This document shows positions 25,331 to 38,620 of a stretch of DNA of 64,000 nt, piece by piece. Under the pieces are notes generated by a model, which saw only the letters and a program-made list of their open reading frames with translations, was not told the DNA's origin and searched no databases. Made by a program: the position numbers and the translations under genes. This DNA comes from Vicugna vicugna (Eukaryota), in assembly GCA_013265495.1 (NCBI GenBank), contig MU057809.1:1913062-1977061 (forward strand), read 5' to 3'. Positions within the stretch are counted from its first letter, which is position 1, and each line of letters starts with the position of its first letter.

Positions 25331-25864
25331 TGGTGTTAACAAGTTAAATTTATTTCCCTTTGGAGCTAAAGCATCGACTGTTAGCACAATGATAAGAAAC
25401 AGAAATATACAATCCAATGATATGGATGAATCAGGAACTAAAACTAGGAGCTGAGGTTTATCCTTTGGATTTTCCCCCCTTTTCCAGTTCACAAGTTTTG
25501 TCAATAGAATATTCTAGTGGCAAGCAATGTCTGACATTTATCGGTTTGGTTAGAGAGCTAGTTGCAACGAAACTCAGCTTTCTCATGCATTGTTGTGCTT
25601 TTCAGCAAATCCGAAAGGCAGTGGATACACTGCCTTGAAGTGGTGAGCGGTGTGCTGATGGTAACCTGGAAAAGCTCCCTTTTAATGCAGTGATTACTCT
25701 TATTCATACCACCTCTCCCTATTTTATCTGTATTTTTTGTGTCCGCTTTCTTCACAACTAAAATTTTAAAAATTGTAAACTGACTTGGCTTTAATTTGAG
25801 AGCAACAGGCTATGAACTCTGGGGTTTAACTTGTCTAGTGTTTATGTCGGCTCGATGGGGTTGG

Positions 25865-25960
25865 AGCTTTGTTCACCATGTATGAACCCACTGCCTAGAG
25901 TAGTGCCTGGCTCATAGTAGGTCTTTAATCAATGTAATTTGAGTGAGCAATGAATGAACT
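25865..25960 (+). mobile_element. L2 3' terminus
   Basis: 'gcctagagtagtgcctggctcatagtaggtc...tgaatgaa'. Confidence 0.8.
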
Positions 25961-26514
25961 CTCTATGGAGCTTCATAGTCACAAAATTTACAAAAAAATT
26001 TATCTTATGCAATGTTATGATGTGCATAATTAGTGTATTGTTTCAGATTAACCAAAAATAGAAAACAGACTAGGCAAGTTGCCATGAGGTACAATTTCTT
26101 TCATATAATAAAATCAGCCTTTTCTGTTACTGATTGAGATTGTGTATGTGTGTGAGTAGTGGGTGGGAGGACTATGGAGCTAAACTCAGGACCGTGGACA
26201 GGGCAGGGATTGTCGGCTCCGAAACCCATGACCACCCTGTCTGAGCTTCCTGGGATTCCTTCTTTGCAGATTTTCAGGTGCTCTTCCTCAAGTACCACAG
26301 TCTGGCACATTATGGGTGCATTCATAACCTAGGAACTCACTTAACTTATGATAGTTCTCTTTAATCAGAACTACATTTCGTCTTAATGAAAGGCAAGGAT
26401 TGGATAAGAACTGGAATAGCCTAGGGATGAAGTTTACAATGAACTTAGAGTGATGAGCACCCAGAGTTTTCCTGGTGCCCATAATACTGATGTAACAAAT
26501 GTGATTTGATTTGA

Positions 26515-26552
26515 NNNNNNNNNNNNNNNNNNNNNNNNNNNNNNNNNNNNNN
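26515..26552. other. Assembly gap (38 N)
   Basis: Run of N read directly. Confidence 1.
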
Positions 26553-27035
26553 CTAACTCCATAAGGTTTTTGTCACCAGAATAAATCCCATACCGATTAG
26601 AAATTACTCTCTGTTCTCCCTCCCTCAAGTCCCTAGTGATTACAAGTGTACTTTCTATCTCTGAATTTGCTTATTCTGGATATTTCATATAAAAGTAATC
26701 ATACAATGTATGCCATTTTGTGACTGGCTTTTTTCACTTAACATAATGTTTTCAAGCTTCTTCATCAATGTTGTAGTATCTGTCAGTACATTTTCCCCCT
26801 TTCACTGCTGAATAATATTCCATTATATGGCTGTACCATGCCACATTTTATTTATTTATTTACCAGTTGATGGACACTTAGGTTGTTTCTACTTTTTTGG
26901 ATATTAAAAGTAAGACTGCTGGGAACATTTGTATATGTGTGTTTTTGTGTGAACATATGTCTTCACTTCTCTTGGTTATGTATCTCGGACTGGAATTGCT
27001 GAGTCATGTGGTAATCTGGGTTTCACTTTTTGAGG
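26553..27035 (-). mobile_element. L1 3' end (L1MB-like)
   Basis: 'tactttctatctctgaatttgcttattctggatatttcatata...gttgatggacacttaggttgtttc...ctggaattgctgagtca'. Confidence 0.88.
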
Positions 27036-27190
27036 TTATGTAGAACTTTACTATTTAGAAAGTGTTTTATATCCTTTATACCTTTTATTCATCACAGTGA
27101 CTGAGGAAGGAAAGTGAAGATCTGAAAGATTAGGTGGGCTAGAGGAAAACTTGGATGTATCATCAAACTATATTTAAAATAGTGTTCATT

Positions 27191-28430
27191 AACCATAAAA
27201 CTTCTAGAGGAAAACAGACAAAATACTCTTTGGTATAAATCGTAGTGATAGTTTTTGGATCTGTCTCCTAGAGCAAAGGAAATAAAACCAAAAATTTAAA
27301 AATGGGACCCAATTATGCTTAAAAGCTTTTGCACAGCAAAGGGAACCATCAACAAGATGAAAAGACACCTACTGGTTGGGAAGAAGTATTTGCAAATGAT
27401 ATGACCTGTAGATCATACAACTCACCATCATACAACTCACCATCAAAAAAAAAAAACCTACCTGATTAAAAAATGGACAGAGACCTGAATAGACATTCTT
27501 CCAAAGAGGAAATGCACATGGCCAAGATGAAAAGATGCTCAACATCACTAATCATCAGGGAAATGCAAATCAGAACCATAATGAGATATCACTTCACACC
27601 TGTCGGAATGGCTATCATCAGAAAGAACAAAAATAACAAATGTTGGTGAGGATGTGGAGAAAAGGGAACCCTGGTACACTGTTGGTGGGGATGTAAATTG
27701 GTGCAGCCATTGTGGAAGACAGTATGCAGATTTCTCAAGGAACTAAAAATAGAACTACTATATGACCCAGCAGTTCCACTCCTGGCTGTATATCTGAAAA
27801 AAACAAAAACACGATTCAAAAAGATACTTGCACCCCAATGTTCATAGCAGCATTATTTACAGTTGCCAAGATATGGAAGCAACCTAAGTGCCCATCAACA
27901 GGTTAATGGATAAAGATGTGGCACATACACACACACACACTGGAATACTACTCAGCCAGAAAAAGGAATGAAAATTTGCCATTTAAAACAACATGGATGG
28001 ACTTGGAGGGCATTATGCTAAATGAAATAAGTCAGACAGAGAAATACAAATACTGTACGATATCACTTATCTGTGGAATCTAAAAAACACAGCAAACTAG
28101 TGAGTATAACAAAAAAGAAACAGACCACGGATATAGAGAACAAACTAGTGGTCCACCAGTGGGGAGAGGGGAGGAGGGAGAGGCAACAGAAGGCTAGTGG
28201 ATTAAGGGGTACAAGCTATTATGTATCAAATAAGCTATAAGGATATGTTGTATAGCACAGGGAATATAGCCAGTATTTTATAACAATTATAAGTAGAGTA
28301 TAACCCTTAAAAATTGTGAATCACTATATTATACACCTGTAACATATATATTGTACATCAACTATACCTCAATTAAAAATGTATAGAAAAAATTAAAAGT
28401 TACCACGTTATACAAAAATAAATAAATAAA
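27191..28430 (+). mobile_element. 5'-truncated L1 (ORF2 3' part, 3' UTR, A-rich tail), intermediate age
   Basis: 'aaccataaaacttctagaggaaaac', 'gggaaatgcaaatc', 'caccccaatgttcatagcagcattattt', 3' UTR 'gcacagggaatatagcc', and the end 'ctcaattaaaaa'. Frameshifted; internal 15-bp tandem duplication near 27414-27443. Confidence 0.93.
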
Positions 28431-28594
28431 ATGAGGTTCGTAGATGCATTGGCTGATGTTGGGCAGAACTGAAACATAAGTGTATATTGGTCAAGAAAGG
28501 TAAATAAAATGTGTGATAGTCACATGGTGGACGCCTGTATTGCAGATGTGTAACAGTTGTCTGTATAGCAGGAAAAAATACACGCACACACACA

Positions 28595-28790
28595 TCTCAG
28601 GAGGAATAGATTTAAAGCCATAAAACATAATATGGGATGAAGCAGTGAGCTGCAGGATGATGGCTACAGTATAATATCATTTGTGTAAGTCAAGAAAACC
28701 ATAAAATAATACTATACATTGCTGCCCACATGCAAAAGTATAAAAATAGATGCGAAGAACATTCGCCAGCCTAGGTAGTGGCTGCTCTGC
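28595..28790 (+). mobile_element. Old L1 (L1ME-like) 3' fragment
   Basis: 'aaaacataatatgggatgaagcagtgagctgcag...tacagtataatatcattt...aataatactatacattg'. Confidence 0.55.
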
Positions 28791-28859
28791 TCCCCTGCTC
28801 CTGAGCTTGAAAATCCTTGCCGCTTCTCCTTCCCGTATGTTCAACAAATTATTCCTATT

Positions 28860-28982
28860 ACGGGACTGTCAATTTCTTTGGAATAGGGACCATATTTTCT
28901 TCACTGTTTTATCTCCACTCTCTGGCACAGTACTTAGCACGGAAGTGTGAAAACATATTTTTGAATGGCTAAGTGAACGAAT
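28860..28982 (+). mobile_element. L2 3' terminus
   Basis: 'gactgtcaatttctttggaatagggaccatatttt...ggcacagtacttagcac'. Confidence 0.75.
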
Positions 28983-30249
28983 ACCAGGCCACTTAATTTA
29001 TTTTGGGAACAAGGTAGGGCGAGATGGATAGATCAGTCTCTCTCCCTTTGTGCTGATTGTCTCTTCCATGCCTTCGTATTCCCCTAGTGCTATCCTAATA
29101 GGAGGCCTGCAATTACAAGAGCATTTCTGTGTGACATGACATGCTAATAAAGCAGATGGTGTGTGCAGATTAGCAGGATGAAAGGTATCTTTGCTGCCGA
29201 AGTCATTGCTGTCTCCTTTAAAGTGGGGAGTATTTTATGATATCTCAGTAGATTTTATCTTCATTGTCAAGGTAATGATTATGTATCCTATAAATCTTTA
29301 TGGCTTTGTTGTATCAAGTGTCAAATTACACAGCTTAGTCAGGTAGTTGTAGGAAGAAAGATGTCTGTGATCAGATTTGGAAGTAGCATCACTAATATTT
29401 TTGCCGCTCAGGACGGCGTTTCTCTGTGTTTCTTCGTTTCTCTGTGTTTATGTAGAGAAGGGGACTGTGTTTCCACTGAGGGTCTCTCCCGCCTTATCTC
29501 TTTACTATCTTACTGTGGGAAAAAGGAGGCCCGACTGTCAAGTACGGGCTGGACAGCAGTGTGGATGAAGCTTCTGGTCCCCACGTCCTCTCTGCTCTGG
29601 CTGTCTTGTGTGCTTCGTGGTAGCAAAGAGGCCCCTCTTCTCCCTGCCTGCTGCCTTCCCAGTGAGCAGAGCAAGGGGGTCGGCCCTGGCAGGCCCAGCC
29701 TGCGCTACATGTGTCTGGTCCCGTCTCAGCTTCCCTGGGCAGGTGAACCACTACGGACACAGGGAGCCCCGTTTTGACCTTGGGCTTCACAGTTCACCAG
29801 AGCTGTGAGGTGTGCCATGAGCAAGTCTCTGCTAACACTCATGTTTTGGTCCCCATCTGTCAGTCAGTTATTTGTGGTTGTGCTCCGGCGGTCAGAACCA
29901 AGAAAGGGGGTAGAAGCGGGCCGTCTGCTTCCCGCATGCTTTTCCCCACCCACGTAATGACGCTGACCTTGATTTTCACCGTTCTGGACAGTCGCTGAAA
30001 CTTTTTTCTTTCTGACTATGTCTCATAGAACCTTCAGCCCGCATCTTGGCATTATAGGAATTTACTCAGCTTTTCAGGAGCAGTTTGACCTATCTGAACT
30101 CAGAAAAGCAGTTAAAACCCTAAGGGATCCTGACAGCACATTGTTGTTGGGTGCTTTTATAGGTAGTGAAACCTTTTATTTTTACTTGTGAAAGTACCAA
30201 GACAGATACCTACTCAGCACAGGAATATTTTACTTTAAAAATGTAGATA

Positions 30250-30395
30250 TTGTATTGAATTGAATCTAAGATGCCACTGATTAAAAAGGTGCACTGTTAT
30301 TTTATGTCTAACTAAAAAAATGCTGCCAATTAATTGTAAGATGCTGTTGGTTATAAGATGAAGCCCCATTCTACAGTCGTTACAATACGGAAAAC
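30250..30395. mobile_element. MER104-like Tc2/mariner-superfamily MITE
   Basis: 'ttgaatctaagatgccactgatt...tattttatgt...tgctgccaattaattgtaagatgc'. Confidence 0.65.
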
Positions 30396-30584
30396 AAGAA
30401 ACGTGGAATAAATGAGTTAAAAATAAGTGACCCTTGATTTGCAGAATACTTCAGTAGGGGCAGATCGGGGTATTAGAAGAAGCATTGAATGGTGAACTAA
30501 AGGTCTGGAGGCTGAAGTTCGAGTTCTGACCACAGGAGAGAATGTGTATAATTTTACTTTTGAAAGAACAGAGCTAATAGTCTG

Positions 30585-31030
30585 GAATAAGTCTGGCCCC
30601 TGCCCACCTCTCCAGCATCTTCTCTTGATACTCCATCTTTTTTCTGCTCCATGCAGTCTGACCTTCTTTTAGTTTCTCAGGCTCACCAACCTTCTTTCAG
30701 CCCGTGTCCTTTGCTTATGCTGTTTTCTCTGCCTCAGTCCCTTCTTGCTCCTTCCCGCGGTCAAGTCCTACTAACTCTTCAAGCTCGCCCTTGAACATTA
30801 CCTTCTCTGACCCTCTGGGCTAGATGTGCTTGCATTAGTATACTAAAGCAAATACACCGAGTGTAAGTATTCACTGCTCCTTGTATTCTCATTAGTAACA
30901 TTTGTCATGATTGTAATAAAACATGCACTTATGCAGTTATTTTCTTGTTGCCTTTCTTTCTGCCTTTCCTGACGGTCTTGCTCGGGCTTTGTCCTCATGG
31001 GTAGCACGGCCCCTGGCATGTAGTCCGTGC
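30585..31030 (+). mobile_element. L2 3' region
   Basis: 'tctggcccctgcccacctctccagc...cctttgcttatgctgttttctctgcct...gcccctggcatgtag'. Confidence 0.75.
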
Positions 31031-31054
31031 CTGTGGAGATTCCTTGAGGGAATA

Positions 31055-31210
31055 AAAATGGCAGTGTCCAGCGGTGACAGGCTGCCGACGGCGAGTCAGA
31101 GTCTGAAAGGTGTCCACTGGGTTGGCAAGTGGAGGTCACTGGATACTTTAAAAGGCACGGTTTTAGTAGAATGGTGGGGACAGAAGCGAGATTGCAGAAT
31201 ATGTTAAAAT
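31055..31210 (-). mobile_element. L2 fragment
   Basis: 'tgtccactgggttggcaagtggaggtcactgg...gttttagtagaatggtgggg'. Confidence 0.65.
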
Positions 31211-31769
31211 GAGAAGCAAGACTTTACTCACTATAAGACACTGGGACACTTGCAAATGATTTCTTTACCGATAGCACGTTTTCTTGAGTCTTTCTAATTC
31301 AGTAGACAATATCAGCATCCTCCAAATTACAATGGTAGGATAAAAAATAAATCCCAAGACATTCTGCGATGATTTCCTTTCTCGGTGGATAGTGCATAGA
31401 ATGGAATATTCACTCAGAACAAATGATCGCAGGCAGGCAGTTCAGAGCATTCTGCTCCAGAAGAGCGAAGAGCAACCCAGAAGTTTCTCATCCCTTCTGC
31501 TTATCACTGTGCCAAAAGTACAGTCGTTTTTTTAATACTACTGGCATCAAAAAATATGTACTCTTTCATCTCTGTGCTCAACAGGACTTGAAACAGAACC
31601 TTAGAAGAGCAACTCTATACATAAGCATGAACTAATTTGAAAATCCTTATTTGGTGGAGTGGCCTTGTGAGGACATTGATTGTGAAGATCTTCCAGACTG
31701 TGTCGTCGGAGACGCTGTGGAAAGACCCATGGGCAATGCTGCGCGTAGTCCCAGTTTGCTCTAATTATG

Positions 31770-32000
31770 AAAAGTAACAACAGTAACAAACACATACAAC
31801 ACTTTGGGCAAGTCAGCTGTTCTGAGCACTTCGCATGTATGTAACTCATCTAATCCTCACAATAAACCCTAGGACGAAGCTGCCCTTATTCCTTTTTTTT
31901 TTAATCCATCAGGAAGCCGAAACTCAGGGAGCTCGAGTAACTTGCCCAGGGGGCAGAATTGGCATCTGAACCCAGGCACGCTGGCTTAAGAGTCCACCTC
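31770..32000 (-). mobile_element. MIR SINE
   Basis: 'taactcatctaatcctcacaataaccc'-like segment and 'gtaacttgcccagg...ctgaacccaggca'. Confidence 0.8.
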
Positions 32001-34279
32001 CTTACTTCCTGTGATGTGCTGCATCTGCGAGGGCCCCCAGTTACGAAGTGGGGACTTAGCACTGACTGCCGTGCTCCTTTCTGTCTCCGTCCTCCTGCCC
32101 TTCTCTCCCTTCTCATGCCAAGCGTCTGCTCCCTCCTCATTTCCAGTGTGAGCATCCAGAGAAGCATCAGGCAGAGGCGTCCGCTGCCTCTTACCAGGGC
32201 AGCTGCTGTTTTGAAGTATCCGGCTCTCCCGGCACCGTCCTCAGCTCCGTATGATTCTTTTGCAATAGGAGCTTCCTTGTGGATTCAGTTGACTTTTGAA
32301 TGCTGGTGACAAATCCTAGTCACCCTTCACAATGTTGATCATGTGGGAGAATATGTTCCTAGTTCTGATAACGGCTTTACACGTACGCTTTTGGAACATA
32401 ATCTGTTTTAAGTTGATAACTACCTGTGTATGCATTAAGTACGGAGGTTCCCAGTATTCAAGAAGTGCACCACACTATTAAAAAAGAATTAGCAGCTTTC
32501 TCTAAAGAACAAAACTAAGCTCAATGTGGCCTGGTATTAATCCCTGCCTAGAAGTTCCACAATCAAAAGGGCAAAATGTGGGAAAGCAAAGATAAATAAG
32601 TAAAATTGGAAAATATGCAAAGCCGTTCGAGGTGTACCAGTGACTCGGGAGTAGGTAACAGCAAGAAAGGCATGCAGGCCCTGTGGCTGTGAACGTGCCG
32701 CCAAAGCACTGGGTGTTTGGGGTGCTTCTCTGACACTCGAACTGGAGAGCCTTCCATAGTTGTTGCAGAGGAAAAGAATGCCCTTGAGTGAAAACAAAAC
32801 AAAGTGTTATTTAATATTTAATTTGATATTCATTGAAAGTGTTGGTAATAATATTATAGCAGGATTAACAGTATTGTCATATTAGTGTTAAAATTTTCTT
32901 TTTTGGCTTGATGAATTTGAAAGTAGTGTTTAACCTGAAAGATTTTTAAAGGTTAGATGAAATAGCGTTTGTTTTGCACAGCTTGATGGACTGCCAGCAG
33001 CAGGGAGGACTGTACAGCTTAGATGTTTTCAACACCCTTCTGATCCTCATTTTGCATTTTTCCTTGCTCATTAATTTTTCTTTCAGAGCAGTGATCATTT
33101 TACTTTATGTAGAGGAGATGCTTAAGCAGTTAGGTGTTAATGAACTTCTGCGTGTTTTATGTGTCTGTGTGTCTGCTTTGTCATAGCTCTTGATAGCCTT
33201 GCTGATGTTTCAGGATCGGGTGGGGGAGGTTTTGCTTGATTTTGTGGTAGACTTTGTCTTTCACTGAGCTTGGTATGCGGCTCAATAATAAGTAGTGTTT
33301 ATAGGAAATTACTGTTTTAGAGAATTTGAATGTTATCTCATTGTATTTGTTTTAAAATAGAATTTTGTGGAAGAATTTACCACATCTCAGGAACAATTCT
33401 TTTTTAAGCAGAATACTTGGATTGCTTTATTTCATTGTTGCTTAAGTGGTAGTCTAAAGGAAAAGGAGGAAAACCTTTTACCAATGATTTCTTTTGACGA
33501 CAAATTTCCTTCTCTGTTTCCTTCTCCCATCTCTAGTTATTTCAGTGTTAAGTTTACTGTTTGTCACTACATACTTGTGATGTTCACAATTACCAAAGGT
33601 TTTAAAACTGCATTTTCATATTTTTTACTACTTCTGATAGAAAACATTTTGACTTAAATATTTTATGAATACTTTAAAAATTTCGTATCATTGATTTTAG
33701 TTTAGATGTGCAAAGTCCAATATTTAGTACTGAGCTACCATATGTGAACTGATTATATTTTGCAATGAAATCAATGGAGAATGGACATTTTCTACTTTGC
33801 ATGAGAGTTGAAAACTAAAGAACACTTCTAGTCAGTGAGGTAGCTTCCTGTGAGTTCTTAGTTGTGGCTGCATCCTCGTGGACTGGACAGTGATGCTGTC
33901 CCAAAGACAGTCCCCTCCCCTAACTTAAAGATGACACATAGAGTGCTGTGAGTTTATGAGAACTGGCTCACGACCTCAAATAATAGAGCTGCTCCAGGGG
34001 CTGCATCTTTCCTTTCTGATTTCTGGGTTCTTAAGGCTATTTTGGAAAGTGGGCAAAGTTCTTCTTAAGGTAACTTATCAATTCAGTCAACCTAAGATCC
34101 CTAGAGTGGCTGAGTTTCTGCTGTGGAATCTAAGTACTACTTCCTTACCTCCACAGAGCTTCCCTAGTTTTTTGACTAGCCTGAATAAAAGCTGGGTATC
34201 TTAGGTTTTAGTTTAGGTCCACATTGGATCCTACAGGAATAACATTTAAGCTGAGACCTGATAATTAAGTTTTTAATAT

Positions 34280-34760
34280 GCTAAATCTATAAAATAAGAA
34301 GAGACTGATAGCAAAAAGAAGTAATCTGAGCATGGGAAAGAATTTCTGGAGATGTAAAGCATAGTTGCTGAGTTGGGGGAATTAAGTAGCTGACTGCATG
34401 GTGCTCAAAATCAAATAATATATCAGAAGATGTAAGTCCTGATTGACAACAGTAACAGGCATGAAATGACATATGTATACATCTATATTGAGATTCCTGA
34501 ATTTCAAAATAAAGAGAAAATTTTACAAGTGTCTAATCAGAATAAAACATGTTAACTCCAAGTGGCAGAAGATCAGACAGACCCCAGGATTCCATACCCA
34601 GCCAAACTATCATTGCTCAGGTGGTTAAAGGCTTAATGTTGGCAGACGTACTGCTGCTCTAACAATGAATCCTTTCAGAAAATATCAAGAAAATATTGAA
34701 GGCAGTGGCAAAATCAAGGGTGAAAAACCCACACACTGTAACAGAAAAGAAATAATGGCT
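34280..34760 (+). mobile_element. Old L1/HAL1 ORF1-region fragment
   Basis: A-rich 'gaatttcaaaataaagagaaaattttacaag...aagatcagac...ggattccatacccagccaaactatcatt' (RIxYPAKLS-type ORF1 motif). Confidence 0.6.
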
Positions 34761-36539
34761 TGTATGCAACCAATGGAACTTTAATTGAATCTAAATAATT
34801 ATTAATAGATTGTGAAGCTGAGTGGATTTATTGCATGGAAAATACTGTAGAACATAAACAATTTTTACTTTCTTAACACTACAGTTACTTTACAAAGTTA
34901 AATTATTTCTTTTTATAGCTCTGGGTTCACATAGATTTCTAATTAATTGATTGAACTATCTACCCTGGCAAAACTTGAAACCAGGAGATGAAAAATGGGG
35001 ATAAAGTGGGGATATTTAGGGTGTGGGAGAGGAAATGATACAAATATTACAGACTGTCAATTCCAGGAAAAAATACCGGAAGAAACTGATCTGATTTTCA
35101 AAAGTAATCATAAAAATAGATAGCACTTACTAAGTATTGCAGAGTCTTGTGTTAAGTACTTCATTTTTGTTATCTCATTTTACCCTGCATGTTACCAGGG
35201 ATATTAGTGGGTAGGTCAATTTTATATACCTGCAGAAGTGTAATAAGCGTTCATTAATATTATAGATACCTTAATTTTAAAGTCTCTCTCCCTCCCTCCC
35301 TCCCCTTTACTCTTTAATTGAAGAGTCTGGGGAGTAGTCGTAATCAATAAGAACTGGAAGGAAACTACTGTAGACGCAGCACGTAAGGAGGGAAGAATAA
35401 ATCGGTTGGTGAGAGCTGTCATCCTTTCTGTAAGAAAATTTAAGCACAAACGGTTCCAATAATTTATGTTTTTTTATTATGGCAATATAGTTGGCTTGGC
35501 TTATATCAGACGGTAGAGAAGAGTAGAATTTTTACTGAGGAGCCAGGACCTGAGTTTTCTGCCTTAGGAAGAGGAGAATATGGAGTTCATTTTCATGGTT
35601 CCTATCAAAAGAACAATGAACTTTTAGCAGATTGGCTGAGCAGAGGGAGTGCAGATCAGGGCTAACTGAACCTTCACCAGGGAGAATTTGTAGAGATAAG
35701 CAGGTTTCTGTGATTTCATAAGATGGAATTTGGGGGGCAATGAGAACATAAAAACAGTAAATTCAGGAATGGAAAGTCAGTCGATAAAGACTCTGAGTTG
35801 TGTTCTAATCATGGAGTCAATTGCTTTTTATACTTTTTCATTTTTATTTTCCACACAGAGAATCCTAAATATAAAGGAAGTGTATTTCTAGGTGGTTTTG
35901 AATTATAGAACTTAGTCATTTCAATTGAATTTGCTTTTGCTTTTGATATCTGAATGGATTAGGAGAATTCCTTTTGAGCAACTAGGGACCAGATGATCAG
36001 ACCTACACCATATCATTTTCTTTGCTATGAAAATTATAATTCAACCTCATGAAATTTCCCTAATGTTATATTTTCTAAAATAATATAGAGAGTAAAAATA
36101 AGTAAAATCATTGCTCTGTTTTTCTCCCTACACGTTCTGAACAATAAACAATTGGTTCTTGGGAAATACATATTAATTTAATTTTAGGGATGCAATTTTA
36201 TAGTTCATTTTGATCAAAAGTGTAAAAAGATGCATTATTTTATGCTCAAATGTGTGCTAACCAAGGTAGCTTACTGTAGATATTTGATATCTTTTCAGAA
36301 ATACCTGTGTTTAGATGAGTCTTTTCTCTGGAATCATGTCCTTGAACGTTTAAACCTGGTTATACCACCCGCAGGTACACAGGATTCATGAACTACATGG
36401 TATATTTCAAGAATCCTTTCATGCTGATGCAGACATGAGACTTCAGTATTGTTGTGGAAAGAAAACAATGGGAGGTTTGGGAGTATATGTCTCAATTATG
36501 CATCAAAATTTAAGTTTTCGTTTTGCTCATAGTCTGACT

Positions 36540-37030
36540 GATACGCAGTTTAGTTTAGCTTTCTAAGAATTTCGCTTCGCAATCAATCAAACCTGAAATA
36601 TTCAAGATGAACAGCAAAGTATTTTTCATTTATTTTGAAACAGCCATGGTTGATTAAAACTGTTTCTAGATCAATTGCCTGTTTATTAACTGTGCTGTAG
36701 TTATGACGTCCTCTTTATGAGGAGAGCATCCACACTTGGAGCCTTTGTTTTCCGTTCTTGGCAGTCATAAAATTGTCAGGTTTTTTGCAAGTAGAAAAGT
36801 TGTAGGAACTACTGAGCTAGAAATTACCTTTTCTTATTTTCCCCGTAAGCCGCTGTCTCAACAGTTGAGTGATCTCAGGGAGGCATGCCTGTGTTAGCCT
36901 CCTGGGGCAATGATTTACACTTCTACGGAGAATAAATTTATGACCCTTATCTGTTCAGGACTTTTATGAATGACTGGTATAAATCAAGAATTGAATGACT
37001 GTTTTTCCCTTTGAGCATAAATCTATAATT
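36540..37030. promoter_or_regulatory. Candidate developmental enhancer (PBX/HOX/MEIS motif cluster)
   Basis: Repeat-free block with ATCAATCAA 36582, GTCATAAAA 36764, TGTCAG 36774, TGATTTAC 36911, TTTATGAC 36937 and ATAAATCA 36979. Conservation is inferred, not measured. Confidence 0.5.
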
Positions 37031-37949
37031 CAGAGATTGATTTCTGAGTAACTTTTTTGTAGCCCATTTAAATTATCATTTTCTACCAATTTTCTATATT
37101 TTGGCCTAAACTGAATAACTAAAATATAACTTAATACCAGTAATAGATTTGTTTTTCTTCTGTTAGGTAATTCTGGAATTCACTTGGACCTCTCATATAA
37201 CTCAATAAATACCTCAGTTAATAGACTAGAAAACAGACTTATGTAGTGGGAATCCCATTCATGGAAATGACCAAAGCAACTATATACCTTTCAGGTGGGG
37301 GAGGGGAAATGAAATATATGTTTAATTTTAAAGGCAGTGATGATAAAAATGTGCCATTAGTTAGGAAAAAGGGGTAGATAGGAAAAGTCTGTCATTTCTA
37401 GGACATTTGCAGACCAAAAAACTTCTGTTGAAAGTCCTAAAAAGTATAAGAATGTCTTAGCCCATGATCTTTTGAACACATTTCCCCAAAAGGCTTTCCT
37501 TCAGGAAAACGTGTCTTTCTAAGAACACGATGGGAGACGTGGGAGCTCACATGGAAGAGAAAGCTAGAATTCGGGGGGGTCAGAAAATATGAACACTACT
37601 CTCCTCACAACAAGTGTGGACCTATAGGTGGTGACTTAGTGGTGGAGGGGTTACAAAATTCGTGAAATTATATTATCTTCTCGGCTAAATGGCCCTTCCC
37701 TTTTCTTCCCCTTGTTTCATGCAGTTGTATGACTTATGTCGGTCAGGAGGTAGGCAGTCGATCCTGGCTAGTTTCACGGGAAGCTTTCACTGCAGTAAGA
37801 AGAGAAGGATGATGCTGGTCACGTGGCGAGTGCTTAATCCCTATTTGATGAAGGACAGAAGGAAGGGAGCAGCCTAGCAGGAAGGGATGATGGCAGGAGG
37901 GGCTCTGAGTGCAGTGACGGGGCCGGGGTGAAACAAGTGTGACCCTTGG

Positions 37950-38200
37950 GTGAGTGGGTGGAGAACGGCTTCAGACTGGCTCCGGAGTTGGACAGCCTGG
38001 CCCCAGTTCCGGCAGCATCACTATCTGTGTGTCCCTAGGCAAGTTACTCACTTTCTCTGTGCCCCAGTTTCCTGTCTGTAAATAATGATAATAAGAGAAC
38101 TTACCTCCTAAGTTTGTTAGGGAGATCAGGTGAGTTAACCTGCAGACGTGAAGCACCTAGGACAGCACCCGGCACGCGGCACCCAACAGAAGGCAGCATG
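37950..38200 (+). mobile_element. MIR SINE
   Basis: 'taggcaagttactcactttctctgtgccccagtttcctgtctgtaaataatgataata'. Confidence 0.88.
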
Positions 38201-38369
38201 TGTTCCCCTGGCTGGGCGTGTGCAGCCGTCTTCAACTCCTGCGTCTGTCAGCCACCACCTTTGGTCAGTTCTACATTTCAGTACTTCTTAAAGATAGTTG
38301 CTCCGTCCTGAGGGCCACAGTCTTGGTTTAGAGACGCTTAATCTCTCATATTAGTTCATTTACTTCTTT

Positions 38370-38620
38370 AGTAAAAATGTTCCTAAAATCCTTCCTGCTC
38401 AGTATGACCAGTTAATTGTTTAAAATGCAGATCTTGCCTGCCACTCCCCCAAAATCCTTTCAGTGGTTGCCTGTCATCATTAAGGAATTTATAATTAATC
38501 TTCAGCATTAAAGGCATTAAAGATTCTTCAGAATTTAGCCTTCGCTTGCCTTTCCAGCCTCATCTCCCAACAGAGCCTTTACATCGCATCCCTTGCTTCT
38601 CACCATGACCTTCCACGGGC
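38370..38620 (+). mobile_element. L2 fragment
   Basis: 'taaaatgcagatct...aaaatcctttcagtggttgcc...cctttccagcctcatctccc'. Confidence 0.65.

Noticed and set aside
30029..30162. Possible coding exon (TFSPHLGIIGIYSAFQEQFDLSELRKAVKTLRDPDSTLLLGAFI) after an acceptor-like CATAG
   Set aside because: The donor AG|GTAGTG is poor, the peptide is unrecognised, and one open frame of 44 codons is common by chance.
37167..37245. LRR-like peptide HLDLSYNSI in one frame after the acceptor
   Set aside because: Single short motif, and the frame hits a stop before any usable donor; likely chance.
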